This document shows, piece by piece, positions 28,833 through 40,081 of a DNA stretch of 64,000 nt. The notes beneath the pieces are model-generated. The model was not told where the DNA came from and did not search any database. It saw only the letters and a program-made list of their open reading frames with translations. Each line of letters begins with the position of its first letter. Within the stretch, counting starts at the first letter, position 1. Source of the DNA: an uncultured bacterium (lineage in GTDB: Bacteria; Chloroflexota; UBA5177; JANWHV01); assembly GCA_963729625.1 (NCBI GenBank), contig CAVSOU010000010.1, positions 1,184,001 to 1,248,000 on the forward strand, given 5' to 3'. Made by a program: the position numbers and the translations under genes.

Positions 28833-31037
28833 CTACATCGTCACCGTCTCGACCATAGTGTTGCCCAACGGATTCTCCGTCTGCTCCTCACAGGCTTTGA
28901 ACAGCAGCAATTCCGAGGTCATCGCTGCATCCAGGCGAATCACCAGGCCTGAATTGCACAGTTCGCGCCCGCGCATGCGGAATGTCGCGTGCCGGTTATC
29001 CAGTGTGACCTCGAAATCGCGAGCGTGGTCCAGCCCGCGCGGACGGAACACGAACTCATCCTGACCACGTGCGGCGTTTCCACCACTCAGCTTGAATACG
29101 CCTGCATACCCTCGCATCCGGTCCGGGGACCCGTATTCTAGCACACACCAATCGGCTGGCCGCAATAGCCCAATGTCCGGCGTGTGATGATAGACGGCAG
29201 GGTGGCCGACCAGGATTGGACGGCAGACTGCCTTGGCCAACTCAATGTAGCGACGAGTCGTGGCGAAGTAAGGTGTGTTGCGATCGGTACTCTGCGCGCC
29301 AAACCCGACGAATACGGGGTTGGCAAATAAGGCGACCCGCAAGTGGGTATCCAGATCCGCGGTGAGATGCGCATCCATCAGGTGGTCGTGGTAGTAGCAG
29401 ATCGACTCCGGAGGGACGTAAAGCGTCATCGCATTGATAGCGCGAATGCTGAAAGGAAAGGCACTCACATCGGATTCGCACGCGTAGTGGAAACGAGACA
29501 GCATTCCCAGGTCGTTGCGGCCACCGCCGCCCGCGCAGTTCTCCAGGGCCACCAGCGGAAATTCCTGACGAACGCGGTCAAATACACGATAGAGCGTCTC
29601 GTTGTGCCGCCACATCTCCTGCTCGGCATAGCCGTGCCGTATGTGTTGCCCGCCTTCATCAAGGAACTCATTGTAGTCCAGCTTGTAGAAGTCCAGCTGG
29701 TGATCATGGATCACCCGTAGCACCGCGTCCTCAAAATAGCTGGCGGCTTCGGGATGCGCCAGATTCAGGCTTGGGAACCGAAGCCCATCGCTTCTGGTCA
29801 GTTGCCAATCCGGGTGTTCTTTGGTCAACCGGCTCTGTTTCCCCGCCGCCTCCGCTTCCATCCACAGGCCAAACAACATGCCTCTGGCGTGCGCATAGTC
29901 CCGTGCACCGGCAATCCCGCCCGGCATCCAGCTGCCTTCGAACCAGTCACCCCGGTTCTCTGGCCAGGGTCGGAACTCCTCGCCATACCAGCCGGCATCG
30001 ACCATGAAAGCCTCGATACCCATTTCCGCGGCAATGTCCATTTCCCTCAGGATCCACTCGCCAGGCTGTTCCACCACGCGACCGGCGATCGTGTACATCT
30101 CCTTGCCCGCCGGGCGCGCAGGTATGACCGAGGCGCGCATGTGCCGGTGCCAGGCCTGTACGGCTTGATCGAGACCACCGTGATACATCCCGAGGTGTAC
30201 CTCAGGCGACTTCACGGTCTCGCCTGGAGCGATGACTCGCAACGGGGCAGCGCCCAACGGACCTATGTGGAAAGACAGACAGGTATCAAATCGGTGCGAA
30301 AACTCGGCCACGTACGGGCCAGACCAGGCCAGGCCAAGGAAACACAACTCGCCGGTCACTTCATTGTGCAGTACAAAGTAGGGCGAGCCGAATGCGTGCT
30401 CCATCGTTCGCTCGATCCGGAAGGTCTCCAGCGGCAGGGCGCGCCAGGTGAAGTCCCACTCTTCGCCCCACTTCTCTGCTACCTGGTAGCCCAGCGAGTA
30501 CCGGGGATGCGTCGCCGCATCCCAACCCAGTCTCGCGTCCACCCAGTTAGCGGTCCAGAGCACGCCTGACCAGGGCGATACGCGGGAAAGCGCGGCAGGT
30601 GTGCCGCTTGTGTTGGTAATCTCCAGCCAGCGGGCCAGCACAGTGGTGCCGTCCAGGCGGGTCACGACCCGAACGGTGACCGGGCGCAGCTGGTGCTGAA
30701 GCTCCACCACCGCCTCGACCGTGCCCGCCCGTACTCCCAGTCGTTCCGTCGCGCTGGTCCAATCCCACCGATCATTTAGTGATTGACCATCGATCTCCAA
30801 CTCGAAGACGGCACTGGGCCGAGACAACGGATCGAAGCCAGGCAGCGATCCCAGCATATTCTCACGCGCCACCTGACCGGTGGCCGACCAGTAGAGTCCT
30901 GTTAGCCTTCCATGATGCAGTGCTTCTTCGCGGACAGTGGTCGAGGAGACGTACCGGGCGGTGTCGCGATCGCCGACTCTGTGGAACGCGACCTCAATAT
31001 GCCGGGGCCTTGACGCGTCTGGAGCTTGGCGGAGCAT
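28833..31037 (-). CDS. GH36 alpha-galactosidase-like glycoside hydrolase
   Basis: MVDAGWY, FGLWMEAE, YKLDYN and ENCAGGGGRNDLGML motifs. Confidence 0.88.
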   Translation of the reverse strand: MLRQAPDASRPRHIEVAFHRVGDRDTARYVSSTTVREEALHHGRLTGLYWSATGQVARENMLGSLPGFDPLSRPSAVFELEIDGQSLNDRWDWTSATERLGVRAGTVEAVVELQHQLRPVTVRVVTRLDGTTVLARWLEITNTSGTPAALSRVSPWSGVLWTANWVDARLGWDAATHPRYSLGYQVAEKWGEEWDFTWRALPLETFRIERTMEHAFGSPYFVLHNEVTGELCFLGLAWSGPYVAEFSHRFDTCLSFHIGPLGAAPLRVIAPGETVKSPEVHLGMYHGGLDQAVQAWHRHMRASVIPARPAGKEMYTIAGRVVEQPGEWILREMDIAAEMGIEAFMVDAGWYGEEFRPWPENRGDWFEGSWMPGGIAGARDYAHARGMLFGLWMEAEAAGKQSRLTKEHPDWQLTRSDGLRFPSLNLAHPEAASYFEDAVLRVIHDHQLDFYKLDYNEFLDEGGQHIRHGYAEQEMWRHNETLYRVFDRVRQEFPLVALENCAGGGGRNDLGMLSRFHYACESDVSAFPFSIRAINAMTLYVPPESICYYHDHLMDAHLTADLDTHLRVALFANPVFVGFGAQSTDRNTPYFATTRRYIELAKAVCRPILVGHPAVYHHTPDIGLLRPADWCVLEYGSPDRMRGYAGVFKLSGGNAARGQDEFVFRPRGLDHARDFEVTLDNRHATFRMRGRELCNSGLVIRLDAAMTSELLLFKACEEQTENPLGNTMVETVTM

Positions 31038-31172
31038 GCTGGTTCATCCTTTTCATCGTGATTCGATGGCGGACTTAACGATTGCACCTCCGAGACATCG
31101 TAGAGCATCGAGTCTCTCAGACACCAGGCTCGCTGGCCTTGGCCGCCTGACGAAGGGGTGGAGGCGGGCGAG

Positions 31173-31979
31173 CTACTGCGTGGCCGTGATCCCGCCGTCG
31201 ATGAACAGGATCTGCCCAGTAATAAACGAGGACGCCGGCCCCGCAAGGAACAGCGCCGCGCCCGCACAGTCGAGAGGGCTCGCGATGCGCTGCAGGGGAA
31301 TGCGGCTAACCAACCCGGCGTAGAATTCCTCGTCCTCGAGGTAGGACCTCACCAGCTCAGTACGGGTAAATGTAGGAGCAATCCCGTTTACCAGGACTTG
31401 CCGCGGCGCCCACTCGGCCGCCAGCTGCTTCACCATCAGGTTTAGCCCGCCTTTGGCACTGCAATACGGTGCATAGCCTCGGTCCCGGAGGGCCAGTTGA
31501 CTGCGGACGGACGACAGGTGGATCTGCCGCCCGCTCCTGGCACGCAGCTGATGACGCCCAGCCGCCTGGGCAAGGAAGAAGGCCCCCTTAAGACTGACGT
31601 CTGTAACGTAGTCCCAGGCCTCCTCGCTCACCTCTTCAGCACTCTCCTCGCGTTGCGCACCGACGCAGTTCACCAGGATGTCGATGGTGCCGAACGCTCC
31701 GGCAACCTCATCGACGTGCCGGCGGATGCTTTCGAGGTCCAGGATGTCGAAGCTCGCCGCATAGGCAGAGTATCCGGCCTCGGCCAGGTCACAAGTCAGG
31801 GCTGTGGCGCGCTCCAGCGATCGGCCGGAGACAGCCACCGTCGCGCCGAAAGCGGCAAATGTCCGGCAAATGGCCTCGCCGATGCCGCCGTAGCCCCCGG
31901 CGACCAAGGCGACCTTGCCGTCGAGGCGGAACAACCCCGACAGCTGTCCCGTATCAAGCCCCACGCCGTACACGCTCAC
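31173..31979 (-). CDS. SDR oxidoreductase (gluconate 5-dehydrogenase-like)
   Basis: AGGYGGIG, YCSAK, APTF and FITGQILFIDGG motifs. Confidence 0.9.
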   Translation of the reverse strand: MSVYGVGLDTGQLSGLFRLDGKVALVAGGYGGIGEAICRTFAAFGATVAVSGRSLERATALTCDLAEAGYSAYAASFDILDLESIRRHVDEVAGAFGTIDILVNCVGAQREESAEEVSEEAWDYVTDVSLKGAFFLAQAAGRHQLRARSGRQIHLSSVRSQLALRDRGYAPYCSAKGGLNLMVKQLAAEWAPRQVLVNGIAPTFTRTELVRSYLEDEEFYAGLVSRIPLQRIASPLDCAGAALFLAGPASSFITGQILFIDGGITATQ

Positions 31980-32028
31980 CGAGTTCTCCTTATCTGCCCC
32001 AGGAGAAACACGCCTGGAAACAGCTCGG

Positions 32029-32880
32029 TCACGTCCGAGCCGCCCGCTGGATCCCTGCTTCGTCGAAGGCCCGTATAAGGGTGTTGAACGTCATAGTGGC
32101 AGCGGCGAGCGGATCGTATCCGGGTCTCCGCTGCACCATCATGCTCACTTCGCCGGTGATGAAGCCATCGTAGCCTGCCTGCTGCATCGCCTTGAGGTAC
32201 CTGACATAATCGAATGGACCCTCGCCGGGAATCAAGAATTCGTGGTCAGGCACCCGACCGCGTTGGTCCTTGACGTGAGTATGGACCGCCAGTGGCGCCA
32301 GCACGGGCACCGTCTCTTCGATCGTGAACCCCAGGACGTCAAAGTGACTGATGTCGAACTGCACCCGCAGATATGGCGAGCCGATCTCGTCGATGACCAG
32401 TTTGGTTGTGTCCGGCGATTCCAGGATGGTGAAGACGTGCGGCTCAACGGCGATGATCACACCTCGCGGCGCCGCGTAGTCCAGGACCATGCGCAGCCGC
32501 TCAACGAGACGCGCGTGCCGCCGCTGGAACTCTCCTGATGTGCCGCCAACGAGATTGTCGATCACAGGCATGCCTTCGGGACCCGCCAGCTCAACCGCCA
32601 GGTCGATGGCTGCCCGCAGGTACGCAAAGTTGGCCGCCCACTCCTGCGGATCGTCGACAACCAGGTCCCGATGCACGGCGATCGACGGCAAGGCCAGCCG
32701 GTGTTTGTCAAGAAGGCGGCGGATGCGCCGCCGCTCAGATGCGTCCAGCCGGCTGAGCTCCGTCGAAAAGCCCGGGAACACAGTCAGCTCGACGCCGTCG
32801 AATCCAAGGCCGGCCACATGATCCAGCGTCACCTCAATCGGCAGCGACGGCATTCCCCACGTGGTGTACCCCAGCAACAT
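32029..32880 (-). CDS. xylose isomerase-like TIM-barrel sugar isomerase/epimerase/lyase
   Basis: GFDGVEL, AVEPH, FDISH, HTHVKD, PGEG and GYDGFITGE motifs. Confidence 0.85.
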   Translation of the reverse strand: MLLGYTTWGMPSLPIEVTLDHVAGLGFDGVELTVFPGFSTELSRLDASERRRIRRLLDKHRLALPSIAVHRDLVVDDPQEWAANFAYLRAAIDLAVELAGPEGMPVIDNLVGGTSGEFQRRHARLVERLRMVLDYAAPRGVIIAVEPHVFTILESPDTTKLVIDEIGSPYLRVQFDISHFDVLGFTIEETVPVLAPLAVHTHVKDQRGRVPDHEFLIPGEGPFDYVRYLKAMQQAGYDGFITGEVSMMVQRRPGYDPLAAATMTFNTLIRAFDEAGIQRAART

Positions 32881-32894
32881 GGCGTCTCTCTTTT

Positions 32895-33944
32895 CTACTC
32901 TGTGGCTGCGTCGTTGCCGGGGCTTGATTGTTCCGTGAAGTACGGCCGGACGGAGCGAGCGAAGAGCCGTACCCCTTCCATGCTCGGGAAGTCCATGAAC
33001 CACAGCATGAAATGGCTGATGCCAAGCGCACGATATGCTTCAAGCCTGGCGATGATCTCGTCCGGTGTGCCGACCAGCCACTGATCCTCGCGAACCCTCA
33101 GCCTGGAATCTCTACCGGCCCCCCCGCTATGGTCCGCGCCCGCTGCATAGTCCAGCAGGGCTGCTACTCGTTCTTGCGTCGGCGCGATCAGTATCTGCGT
33201 CTCCAGCGAGAGTTCCAGCTCGTCCATAGCCCTTCCAACCGTCGCGCATGCGGCCTCGACGCGCACCAACCGAGCCTGAAGTTCATCCACTGAGGCCGGC
33301 GCACTGTTCCAACCATCGGCAAGTTCGGCCACGGTGGCCAGCATCACGTCGTCGGGCGTCTCGCCCAGCCACAGCAGCGGGTGGGGTCGCTGCACGGGAT
33401 GCGGCAGGCAGACCGCCTCGTACGCCGCATAGTTCGTGCCCTTGAATGTAACGGGCCCGCTATCCTGCCACAATCGCAGCATAAGCTCCAGCGCCTCGCG
33501 CATGCGCGTGTTGCGTGCCCGGCTGTCCTCGTGCCAGGGAAAATCATATGCCTCGAATTCGGTGCGACGGTTGCCTGAATCGGCGAAGAACAACAGCCGA
33601 CCATTGCTGAGCACGTCCAGGGTGGCGGCCATCTTGGCCAGCAATGCCGGGTTGCGGAATCCGGTACAGAGGTGAATCGATCCCAGCTTGATCCGGCTGG
33701 TCAGCCCAGCCAGCACGCTCAACGTCGTCCAGCCCTCAAGGATCGCGCCTTCGCGGCCAAGGAATAGGTGGTCCGCGACCCAGAGCGAGTCATAGCCGAG
33801 CAGCTCGCATTCCACTGCCGCTCGCAGCGTGACCAGAGGATCCAACTGTTGGTAACTGGGGGTGCGAAACAAGTCCGGCCCCGGGTGGGCAAAGACGGGT
33901 ACGCAAAAGCCAAACTGGATCGGCCTGACCTGGCTGACGATCAC
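32895..33944 (-). CDS. LLM class flavin/F420-dependent oxidoreductase
   Basis: [27 protein letters not shown] and PHPVQRPHP motifs. Confidence 0.88.
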   Translation of the reverse strand: MIVSQVRPIQFGFCVPVFAHPGPDLFRTPSYQQLDPLVTLRAAVECELLGYDSLWVADHLFLGREGAILEGWTTLSVLAGLTSRIKLGSIHLCTGFRNPALLAKMAATLDVLSNGRLLFFADSGNRRTEFEAYDFPWHEDSRARNTRMREALELMLRLWQDSGPVTFKGTNYAAYEAVCLPHPVQRPHPLLWLGETPDDVMLATVAELADGWNSAPASVDELQARLVRVEAACATVGRAMDELELSLETQILIAPTQERVAALLDYAAGADHSGGAGRDSRLRVREDQWLVGTPDEIIARLEAYRALGISHFMLWFMDFPSMEGVRLFARSVRPYFTEQSSPGNDAATE

Positions 33945-35227
33945 GGGTGCCCCTCGCCAATGCCAAGCGCGGCGTCGATGTCGCGCTGATAGTCTCTCGC
34001 CGCGCCGCTCGCGACATCATCGAAGCTGACCTCTCGGCCGGCCACCGACGACTCGAAGAAACCATAAACGGCGGCGACCGCGTCCAGCCCGCCTTGACCG
34101 TCGACCTCAGGCGGCCGGCGGTCGAGAATCGCCCGCCCGAAGTCCTCGAGCTCCAGGGCCAGCAACTTGCGATCAATCGCTTCGCCCGGCAGGTCGTAGT
34201 TGGTCAGCAAGGAACTGCCGAACAGCCGGCTCGTCGGCTCATCAAGACTGAAGCCAGGTGCGAGCATGCGCACCGTGGCCACATCCAGGGTGTGGAAGCC
34301 TCCCTGAGTGGCCCCGGCGAAACGCACGGGGTGGCCGGACCGATCGCCGGGTGCGTCCAGCGCGCCGTCGCTGCCATAGAACCTGCGCATGAAATAGCCC
34401 TCGCCGTGACCCGAGAGGCTGAGGAGCCACTGTCCGATCGCGCCCCGCGTGAATGTCACCAGTCCGGCGGCTGTATCCTCCGCCGTTGCCATGACTGGCT
34501 CAGAGGATTCGGGAGCGGCGCCATAGTAGGTGGCCATCATGCCACTCATTGGCTCACTGTGTCGCACTGGCTCAAACAGAGCGATACGACCCGTGACGCG
34601 CTCGATCGGGCCGAGGAAGTACAGCCAGAGATCGGCGTAGTGCACGCCCATATCGACCACGATGCCGCCGCGATCCTTATAGTGGCGCCAGGGTGTAATT
34701 GTCACAGTGCGTCCGCCGCCCACAGACTCCTGCAGCGCCATGAACGGAGTCCCGATGGCGCCTTCCCGCAGCAGGGCCGCAACCAGCCGGTTCATGGGAT
34801 CGCGCCGATAGTTCTCGGCCGTCGCCAGCACCATGCCGGCACGCGTTGCCGCGTCGACCAGTAGCCGGCAGGCGCGGACGGTCAGGCCAAGCGGTTTCTC
34901 GCAGAGCACATGTTTGCCGGCCCGAAGAGCCGTAACGCCCAGGTTGTGATGTGCCCCGACATCGGTGACCAGGTCGACGGCATCGAGCAGCCTTCCAGTT
35001 GGGCCGGCAAGCAATGAGGCGAGCCCGGTATGGACTTCAGGCCGCCGCCCGAGAATGTCCTCCGCCACATCCGCGGCACGCAAGACGGCGTCGCGCCGTG
35101 CGTCGCAGACCGCGATCAGCTCGAATGGTGAAAGGCCGGACTTCTCGAGCTCCGCCAGACCCTGGAGGTGGCGCAGACCCATGCCGCCACAGCCAACCAG
35201 CCCGAGTGCGAGTGTCGTGTCACCCAT
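33941..35227 (-). CDS. Gfo/Idh/MocA NAD-dependent oxidoreductase
   Basis: [19 protein letters not shown] and DMGVH motifs. Confidence 0.9.
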   Translation of the reverse strand: MGDTTLALGLVGCGGMGLRHLQGLAELEKSGLSPFELIAVCDARRDAVLRAADVAEDILGRRPEVHTGLASLLAGPTGRLLDAVDLVTDVGAHHNLGVTALRAGKHVLCEKPLGLTVRACRLLVDAATRAGMVLATAENYRRDPMNRLVAALLREGAIGTPFMALQESVGGGRTVTITPWRHYKDRGGIVVDMGVHYADLWLYFLGPIERVTGRIALFEPVRHSEPMSGMMATYYGAAPESSEPVMATAEDTAAGLVTFTRGAIGQWLLSLSGHGEGYFMRRFYGSDGALDAPGDRSGHPVRFAGATQGGFHTLDVATVRMLAPGFSLDEPTSRLFGSSLLTNYDLPGEAIDRKLLALELEDFGRAILDRRPPEVDGQGGLDAVAAVYGFFESSVAGREVSFDDVASGAARDYQRDIDAALGIGEGHP

Positions 35228-36221
35228 TGGCTTGTGCCGCCCCGGCAGTGCCTGGCGTCGCGAACGCTGGGAGAACTGATTCGGCGAAGCATTCCAGCTC
35301 GTCGTCGTCGAATGGTTCCAGGGTGATCAGCATGAAGTCGTCAAACCCCATCGCGACGTAGCGCTGAATCTTCTCGATGCACTGATCGGGGCTACCGGCG
35401 ATAAAGCGCTCGGTGGCGCCGTCCGGCGGGTAGCCGCGCGCACGGATGACCCGTTCCACGCGCTTGCGGAGGATGCGCTCGTCTATTGCAACCGCAATTG
35501 GCACTTCAAGTGAGCGACGCAGCGTTGCCGGATCACGGCCGGCATCTGCGCAGAATCGGTCAAGCAACGCTTGCTTGCGGGCCAACGATTCGATGTCCAT
35601 GCTGGGTATGTTCCAGATGTCCGCGTGCTGCGCTACCAACCGCAGAGCGATTTGCTCGCCCAGGGCACCGACCAGAATAGGCAGCAGGGCTTGCACGGGC
35701 TTGATCTCACATGCCGCCTCCTCCAGTTGGAAGTACTTGCCTGAGAATGAGACCACGTCGCCCGTCCACAGCAGGCGACAAATCTGGATCGCCTCGGCCA
35801 GCATGGCCAGGCGTGTGGCCGGAGACGGCATAGGGATCCCATAGGCACGATGCTCATGCTCCGAGACGCCGGCGCCAAGCCCCAACACGAAGCGGCCTCC
35901 GCTGATCTGATCGATCGTGGCCGCGCTGACCGCAGTTATGGCTGCAGTGCGGTGCGTGACGCTGGCGACCAGTGAGCCGATTCGGATCCGCGAGGTACTT
36001 GCGGCAAGCGCCGCAAGTCCGCCCCACATTTCCAGCACCGGATGTGGCGGCCCGGAGCCACGGATGAAATGATCGGCCAACCACACACCGTCGAAGCCGA
36101 GCCTCTCGGCCTTCAGTGTCCAGCGCCGCAATTCTTCCCATGAGACTGTTTGCGGGCCCAGCTGAAGTCCAAGGGTAACTGGCCGCAAGGCCCCGGTCCC
36201 CGGTTCGGTCGCCATAGTCAT
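35220..36221 (-). CDS. LLM class flavin/F420-dependent oxidoreductase
   Basis: VWLADHF, IDQISGGRFVLGLGAG and HADIWN motifs. Confidence 0.88.
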   Translation of the reverse strand: MTMATEPGTGALRPVTLGLQLGPQTVSWEELRRWTLKAERLGFDGVWLADHFIRGSGPPHPVLEMWGGLAALAASTSRIRIGSLVASVTHRTAAITAVSAATIDQISGGRFVLGLGAGVSEHEHRAYGIPMPSPATRLAMLAEAIQICRLLWTGDVVSFSGKYFQLEEAACEIKPVQALLPILVGALGEQIALRLVAQHADIWNIPSMDIESLARKQALLDRFCADAGRDPATLRRSLEVPIAVAIDERILRKRVERVIRARGYPPDGATERFIAGSPDQCIEKIQRYVAMGFDDFMLITLEPFDDDELECFAESVLPAFATPGTAGAAQANG

Positions 36222-36242
36222 CAGCCGAAGCTTCCTTCCTGG

Positions 36243-37160
36243 TTAGCCCTTGATTCCACTTAACACCACGCCCTGGATCATATAGCGCTGAGCCAGGAGG
36301 AAGACCAGCGCGATCGGCAGCACCATCGCGAATGCCACGGCCATCAAGAGTTCCTCGTGGCGCACAGCCAGGCTTCCTGAGTCGGCAGCAAACTGGTAGA
36401 CGCCGAGTGCGAGGGTGAACTTGTCCTGCGAGTTGAGATAGATTACCGGGCCGAGAAAATCCGTCCAGGAGGCCTGAAACCAGAAGATCGCTACCACCGC
36501 GATCGCCGGCTTGGAAAGCGGCAGCATTATTCGCCAGAAGATACCGAAGGTCGAGCAGCCGTCGATGCGCGCCGCGTCGTCGAGATCGCGAGGGATGGTC
36601 TGGAAGAACTGCCGCAAGAGGAAGATGTTGAAGGCACCGCCGCCAAACCACGCCGGGATGATCAGCGGCTTGAACGTGTTCAGCCAGCCGAGATCCTTGA
36701 AGATGATATAGAGCGGCAGCACCGTGACCGTGAACGGCAGCATAACTGACGCAATCACGCACATAAAGATGAAGTCGCGTCCCCAGAAGTGCAGCCGGGC
36801 GAAGCCGAAGGCGCACAACGTTGAAGTAGCCAGAACGCCCACCATCGATGTGACCGTAATGAAGAGCGTGTGATACGTGTAAAGCGTGAAGTTATAGGAT
36901 GTCCAGGCCACCTTGAAGTTCTGCCATTGCGCGACCTTTGGCAGGATGGAAGGTGGGAACGTGTAGTTTTCCTGGAGCGTCTTGAGCGCGGTCAACAACA
37001 TCCACGCGAGAGGGATCAAGAAGATGGCGGCGCCCACGTACAGGACGACATGCAGCACGGCGCGCCGAGCCAGACGCCCATACCGTCGTGACCGCGCCTG
37101 CGTTGTTGCTAGCGGGATATTGGACAGCTCAAGGTTGCCCGGCATTCCCACGCTTCCCAT
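36243..37160 (-). CDS. carbohydrate ABC transporter permease
   Basis: EAA loop LDDAARIDGCS; TGATG coupling to the upstream permease. Confidence 0.92.
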   Translation of the reverse strand: MGSVGMPGNLELSNIPLATTQARSRRYGRLARRAVLHVVLYVGAAIFLIPLAWMLLTALKTLQENYTFPPSILPKVAQWQNFKVAWTSYNFTLYTYHTLFITVTSMVGVLATSTLCAFGFARLHFWGRDFIFMCVIASVMLPFTVTVLPLYIIFKDLGWLNTFKPLIIPAWFGGGAFNIFLLRQFFQTIPRDLDDAARIDGCSTFGIFWRIMLPLSKPAIAVVAIFWFQASWTDFLGPVIYLNSQDKFTLALGVYQFAADSGSLAVRHEELLMAVAFAMVLPIALVFLLAQRYMIQGVVLSGIKG

Positions 37161-38101
37161 CAGCGATCTCCGTAGAAGACCCAGAATCGCTGCGTCCCGA
37201 ACAGGATGAGCGTGATTAACAGGATGATCGCGAACAGCGTCACCGACATCGCGCATGCATAGCCCATCTGCTGGTTGCCGAAAGCCACCTGATAAATGTA
37301 CACGGTGAGGAACAACGTGCTGTTCAGCGGTTCGCCCAGCCCGCCCGTGGCCGTATTCGAATTGCCCAGAATGAACGCCTGGGCGAAGTATTGCAGGGAC
37401 ACAATGAGACCAAGAATGATTTGGTAGAAGATCGTGGGCGAGATCAGCGGCAGAGTCACGTGGCGAAACTGAGCGGGAGTTGAGGCCCCGTCGATCTTCG
37501 CTGCCTCATAGTATTCCTCGGGGACACCCTGCAATCCGGCCAGGAACACGATCATACCGCCGCCAACTCCCCACAAGCCCATCAGCACTAACGATGGCAG
37601 GGCGCTGCCAGGGTCGACCAACCACAAGCCGGTAGGCAGATGCAACGCCCGAAGCGCGTCGTTCAGCAGACCGACATCCGGATTGAGGATCCAGATCCAG
37701 AGTACGGCCGTTGCCACCAGCGGCACGATGGAGGGGATGTAAAAGGCTGTACGCAGGAAGCCAATGCCGCGCACCTTCTGGTTGAGCAACATGGCCATGG
37801 CCAGCCCCAAGACGATACTCGTGGGCAGGAACATCGCCGTAAAGCTCAAGGTGACCTTCACACCCTGCCAGAAGAGGGGATCGTTCCACATATGGACGTA
37901 GTTCCTGACGCCGTGCCACGTGGGCGATGACAGGAGATCATAGCGTGTGAAGCTGAAATAGAACGCGGTGGCGAAGGGTACAAGCGTCCAGCAGAGCAGC
38001 CCAAGCACCACGGGTGAGACGAACAGATAGCCTTCGAGATTGCGCTTCAAGGCGCGCCGGCCCGCTTCCGACGACGAAGTCAACGCCTGAGACACGTGCA
38101 A
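37160..38101 (-). CDS. carbohydrate ABC transporter permease
   Basis: YYEAAKIDGA...FRHVTLPLISP motif. Confidence 0.92.
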   Translation of the reverse strand: MHVSQALTSSSEAGRRALKRNLEGYLFVSPVVLGLLCWTLVPFATAFYFSFTRYDLLSSPTWHGVRNYVHMWNDPLFWQGVKVTLSFTAMFLPTSIVLGLAMAMLLNQKVRGIGFLRTAFYIPSIVPLVATAVLWIWILNPDVGLLNDALRALHLPTGLWLVDPGSALPSLVLMGLWGVGGGMIVFLAGLQGVPEEYYEAAKIDGASTPAQFRHVTLPLISPTIFYQIILGLIVSLQYFAQAFILGNSNTATGGLGEPLNSTLFLTVYIYQVAFGNQQMGYACAMSVTLFAIILLITLILFGTQRFWVFYGDR

Positions 38102-38134
38102 GATCCTCCCCCGCGTCCTTCCGCTTACCGAAGA

Positions 38135-38166
38135 CCGAGGCAGCAGAGCTTCCTCTACTGCCTCGG
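38135..38166 (-). other. intercistronic stem-loop after binding-protein gene
   Basis: CCGAGGCAG-CAGAG-CTTC-CTCTA-CTGCCTCGG. Confidence 0.55.
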
Positions 38167-38195
38167 CCCGGCGGGCGGTCTCGCCCGATCTTCTC

Positions 38196-39524
38196 CTAGT
38201 AACCCAGAGAGTCGATGCACCCGTTGATGGTCGCGTCCGCTGCCTTCGCGGAGTCGGCGACCGATGCGCCTCGATCGATCTTGCTTTCGAGATTCGTTTC
38301 CGCCGTGGCGAAGACGCCGCCGCCGTTGATCGTGCCGCAGTTTATCGCCGAGTCTACTGGCACTAGCTCGGGCGGTGTGACGCCGTACTTGATCGCTTGG
38401 AGGAAGGCATCGTTATTGAGGCCCGGCCTGCGCCAGATTGGGTTGTTGAGCATTGACTTGCGCACCGGCATGCTTGTGCCGGCCTTCGCCAGTATCGTCT
38501 GCCCTTCCACGCTGGCCACGTATTTGACCACGTCCCAAGCCACCAGCCGGTTCTTGGAGTTCTCCGAGACGGCGAAGCCCGCCGTGCCCATGCCATTGAC
38601 GTGCTTACCGTTGGGGAAGCTCGGCAGACCCTGGACATCCCAGGCAAACTTCTTGCCGATTGCCTGTCCCCATCCCCCTACGGCTCCGTGAACGCTCCAT
38701 CCCATGGCCGCCTTGCCGATCAGAAAGGGGTCGCCGGGGAGCTGCACCGTCGGAGGCACTGCTACTTTGTACTTGACGACGAGATCCTGAATCGCCTGTA
38801 GACCGGCGATTGATCCCGGCGCCGAGAAACTCGTGTGCTTGTTATCGGCCGTGAGTACCGAGCCGCCAAAGCCGTCTATCCAGGCGGTCGTCCCGGTCCA
38901 TCCTCCAACAGGATCCATACCCCACTGGACGACTTTGCCGCTGGCGTCGGTCTTGGTCAGTTTCTGGGCCGCGTCCAGGAACTGCGCATACGTCCAGGTT
39001 GACGTGGGAAACGGCACGCCTGCCGCCGTGAACATATCCTTGTTGTAGAAGACTACGATGGCGTCTGCCGAGAACGGAATCATAAAGAGCCCGCTCGAAC
39101 CCGGCAGGCGGCCCAGTGCCAGGAAGTTCTGGTATATATCGCCGAGGTTGTAGCTGGGATCGGCGTTTGCCAGCGGCTGCATGTCGAGGACGATGTGGTG
39201 CGCCGCGAAGGGAATTGTCCATCCATCCGAGGTCAAGATGATGTCGGGCAAGGTGCCGGCCGCCGCCTGAATGAACACCTTCTGCTGATATGTGGCGCCA
39301 TCAACCAGTTGCAGCTCGATGTGTACGTTCGGATGGGTCTTGGTATACCCGGCGATCATCAACTTCGCGATCGGGGGCCAGAACGTATCGTTCGTGACCT
39401 CCCACGTGAGGGTGACTGGACCGGCTGCCGCCCGAGAGACGCGCGTGGAGGGGACCAAAGCAAACACGCTGATAATGCTGGCTACCAAAGCCCAGCGAAG
39501 CCAGGACGGGAGTGTGCGTTGCAT
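38196..39524 (-). CDS. sugar ABC transporter solute-binding protein
   Basis: Signal peptide; AAGTLPDI, FYNKDMF, WTY.QFLDAAQKLT and GKAAM motifs. Confidence 0.9.
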   Translation of the reverse strand: MQRTLPSWLRWALVASIISVFALVPSTRVSRAAAGPVTLTWEVTNDTFWPPIAKLMIAGYTKTHPNVHIELQLVDGATYQQKVFIQAAAGTLPDIILTSDGWTIPFAAHHIVLDMQPLANADPSYNLGDIYQNFLALGRLPGSSGLFMIPFSADAIVVFYNKDMFTAAGVPFPTSTWTYAQFLDAAQKLTKTDASGKVVQWGMDPVGGWTGTTAWIDGFGGSVLTADNKHTSFSAPGSIAGLQAIQDLVVKYKVAVPPTVQLPGDPFLIGKAAMGWSVHGAVGGWGQAIGKKFAWDVQGLPSFPNGKHVNGMGTAGFAVSENSKNRLVAWDVVKYVASVEGQTILAKAGTSMPVRKSMLNNPIWRRPGLNNDAFLQAIKYGVTPPELVPVDSAINCGTINGGGVFATAETNLESKIDRGASVADSAKAADATINGCIDSLGY

Positions 39525-39980
39525 CAAGGCATCTCCTTCGATCTAGATACTGAGAAGTCAGTGCTCCCAGCGGCGTGGTGCGGGGTTCCGGAATCACATG
39601 GTTCCGCGTGGCAGACCATCGCCGCGATCGGCTCAAGCGTCTCGTGCCACCGACCAGTTCTACAGGGCTAGGCCGCCGCTGGGGTAGCCCAGGAATCGAC
39701 CGGTAAGCACGTCATCGCAGGTGGAAGGGTGGAGCAGCCCCGATTTCGGCGCCAGGAACGTGGGTTGTGATCAGCTCCGGCCTCCTTTTCAGTGCACCGA
39801 GAATGGCCAACCGTTGAGGACCTCTCCGGTCACGCTGTACGCCGCAGTCTCCACTGCGGGATGAAAGGGGCAGCGCATCACGGTGGTGGCATGCCAGAGA
39901 CGCTCGTGCCGCGGGCCAATCACGCACCCCGAAGCCGACAGCGCTCGCAGAGGAAGTCTGCTATGAAACTCACTATAATG

Positions 39981-40009
39981 TGCAAACTGTGTGCTGTCAA
40001 CAGTTTGCA
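39981..40009. promoter_or_regulatory. perfect 10-bp inverted repeat, putative operator between divergent ABC operon and gntR
   Basis: TGCAAACTGT-N9-ACAGTTTGCA next to TATAAT. Confidence 0.6.
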
Positions 40010-40081
40010 AATTACACGTCGTGCTGCTACATTGAGATCCAGCAAGCATCCCCGACAATGAACTCCCTTGGTGAGAAGCTG

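Noticed and set aside
39560-39960. Short ORFs and a strong RBS-like AAAGGAGG in the ABC operon leader
   Set aside because: No suitably placed start codon or recognisable product.
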